Shown here piece after piece: positions 14,515-15,961 of a DNA stretch of 15,961 bases; position 1 is the stretch's first letter; each line of letters opens with the position of its first letter. Below the pieces are notes generated by a model. The model was not told the DNA's origin. It saw only the letters and a program-made list of their open reading frames with translations, and searched no databases. The translations under genes and the position numbers were made by a program. The stretch comes from an uncultured archaeon (GTDB lineage Archaea; Altiarchaeota; Altiarchaeia; IMC4; SCGC-AAA252-I15), in the NCBI GenBank assembly GCA_964587725.1, contig CAZPLO010000026.1:1-15961 (forward strand), in the 5' to 3' direction.

Positions 14515-15642
14515 ATGAGTGAACACTCCGGCCCCAGCAAAACAGTCAAAGTAGCCTCAATACTTCTTCTGCTAGCGAATTACGCGTTAACCGCGTCCGC
14601 CGCACCCCTGGGGGCTGCGGAGATGACGGTGAGCAGGTTCTACTGGCTGTTCCTCATAGTAGTGTTGGCGGTGCTGTCGCTGATTTACATGTTCAGCAAG
14701 CAGGAGTCCCCCATCGAGGTGATGGGGTTGACGTACGACAAAACAACCCATCAGATGGAGTTGACGGTCAGGAACACGGGCAGCGAACGATACTGCATAC
14801 GCTCCGCACTGCGCCTGATGGCGCCGGCGCAGGAGGTCATAGACCAGGTGGCGGACGACGGCAACATACCCATGGCCGCCGCACGGGCGTCCGTCGGCGA
14901 CAGGAGCCTGTTCCAGCTGCTCTGTGAAGACGACTCGCCGGTGGTTTTGGAACCCAACGAAACCCGTACGCTGGCATACGACGTGCTGATGCCCGCTGAA
15001 ATGATCAACCTCGACTCCAGCAAAGACGTGGAAGTCCACATAAACTTCGGGGAACACAGGACACCTTCGATGCAGCCGCAGCCGGACGGACTGTGCATAC
15101 ATATGGGCTCCGGCGACGTCATAGCCGAAGCGTACCTGCTGGAGGATCTGCTGGGGGCGGTCCGGAACTCCTCCGACGACGTCATCGCACACCACATGGC
15201 GGACGGAAACGACTTCGCAGACTGGGTGAGAAACGTCCTCGGCGACGGGGGACTCGCAGACCAGCTGGACACCGTCGAACCCGGTCCGGAGGCGGGGGAG
15301 CGGCTGGCGTCGATACTGGACTCCAAGGTGGAGTCCCTCAAACACCCGTACCTGAGAAGGGTTCATCCGGAGAAGAAATTCCTGCTGAAGGCCGGCCACG
15401 ACGACGTGGTGTCGGAGATAACGGTGTTGGATGATTTGGCGGAGAAACTCGCCAAGGCATCCGCCGAGTCGGTGGCCTTCCACCTCCGCGACGGAAACGA
15501 CTTCGCCGCCTGGACACACTCCGTCGTCGGCGACGAAGAGCTCGCCGAACAACTGAACGGGATCGAATACGGCAGCCCGGAGGATGCGAGGGACAGGATG
15601 GTGTCCGCCATCAGAGCCCGCGTCGACTCCCTGAAAACCTGA
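14515..15642 (+). CDS. Membrane-anchored protein with an Ig-like beta-sandwich and two DUF5752-like repeats
   Basis: Signal-like segment (..ALTASA|A) and a TM helix, then ELTVRNTG...LEPNETRTL, then two repeats HH..GNDFADWVRNVLGD..LA..L and FH..GNDFAAWTHSVVGD..LA..L. AAGGTGA SD precedes ATG 14515. Confidence 0.72.
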   Translation: MSEHSGPSKTVKVASILLLLANYALTASAAPLGAAEMTVSRFYWLFLIVVLAVLSLIYMFSKQESPIEVMGLTYDKTTHQMELTVRNTGSERYCIRSALRLMAPAQEVIDQVADDGNIPMAAARASVGDRSLFQLLCEDDSPVVLEPNETRTLAYDVLMPAEMINLDSSKDVEVHINFGEHRTPSMQPQPDGLCIHMGSGDVIAEAYLLEDLLGAVRNSSDDVIAHHMADGNDFADWVRNVLGDGGLADQLDTVEPGPEAGERLASILDSKVESLKHPYLRRVHPEKKFLLKAGHDDVVSEITVLDDLAEKLAKASAESVAFHLRDGNDFAAWTHSVVGDEELAEQLNGIEYGSPEDARDRMVSAIRARVDSLKT

Positions 15643-15666
15643 CGTTGCATACGTGACCGAAAGGTA

Positions 15667-15674
15667 TTTATATA
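15667..15674 (+). promoter_or_regulatory. Strong TATA box of the downstream archaellin
   Basis: TTTATATA preceded by a BRE-like CCGAAAGG; GGGGTGA SD at 15741-15747. Confidence 0.75.
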
Positions 15675-15753
15675 CTCAGAACCACTATCTAACCCCTGAG
15701 ACAGGTATTTACCGATGGTATATACCGGTTAAAAAGCAGGGGGGTGAGAACGA

Positions 15754-15961
15754 ATGAGAAAACCAACCGACAACAGAGGTATGATGGGGATTGGGACACT
15801 GATAATATTCATTGCAGTGATCCTGGTTGCCGCAGTCGCCGCCGCCGTGTTGATTTCAACCGCGGGCAGCCTGCAGCAGAGGTCTTTGGCGACCGGTTCC
15901 CAAACGGAGGAGGGAGTCTCCACAGGAGCCGAGGCGGTTTCTGTGATGGCTACCGACGGAG
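15754..15961 (+). CDS. flaB: Archaellin, N-terminal part (truncated by the window end; absent from the ORF track)
   Basis: Manual translation gives MRKPTDNRG|MMGIGTLIIFIAVILVAAVAAAVLISTAGSLQQRSLATGSQTEEGVSTGAEAVSVMATDG, a canonical archaellin N-terminus. Confidence 0.95.
   Translation, partial: MRKPTDNRGMMGIGTLIIFIAVILVAAVAAAVLISTAGSLQQRSLATGSQTEEGVSTGAEAVSVMATDG

Noticed and set aside
14587-15552. 321-aa minus-strand ORF
   Set aside because: It is the antisense shadow of the DUF5752-like gene.
15729-15923. 64-aa minus-strand ORF
   Set aside because: It is antisense to the clearly recognisable archaellin N-terminus on the plus strand.
1-15961. Mobile elements, defence systems or CRISPR
   Set aside because: No transposase, integrase, nuclease or Cas motifs, terminal inverted repeats or arrays were seen, and composition looks uniform across the genes.

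Overview
This is a GC-rich archaeal window, shown by a TATA-binding protein, archaellum genes and TATA-type promoters. The FlaC/D/E-type archaellum and DUF5752/DUF835-like proteins suggest a euryarchaeal-like or Altiarchaeota/DPANN-type organism, which is an inference only. The left half (1-9406) holds tbp and a cell-surface glycosylation cluster: two polytopic GT-C-like membrane proteins, three GT4 glycosyltransferases and a Thr-type sulfatase-like enzyme, with argF embedded. The right half (9442-15961) is an unusually organised archaellum locus. It contains a coiled-coil DUF835 (inactive KaiC-like) protein, a divergently transcribed atypical archaellin, and a ~440-bp intergenic region with a strong TATA box, a multi-hairpin leader and a possible upstream ORF. 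These are followed by a FlaC + 3x FlaD/E fusion, three FlaG/FlaF paralogues (the last with an 18-Cys tail ending in a knottin-like motif), a membrane protein with an Ig-like domain and two DUF5752-like repeats, and the start of a canonical archaellin cut off by the window edge. flaH/I/J are not in the window. All family calls come from motif recognition by eye; no database search was run.
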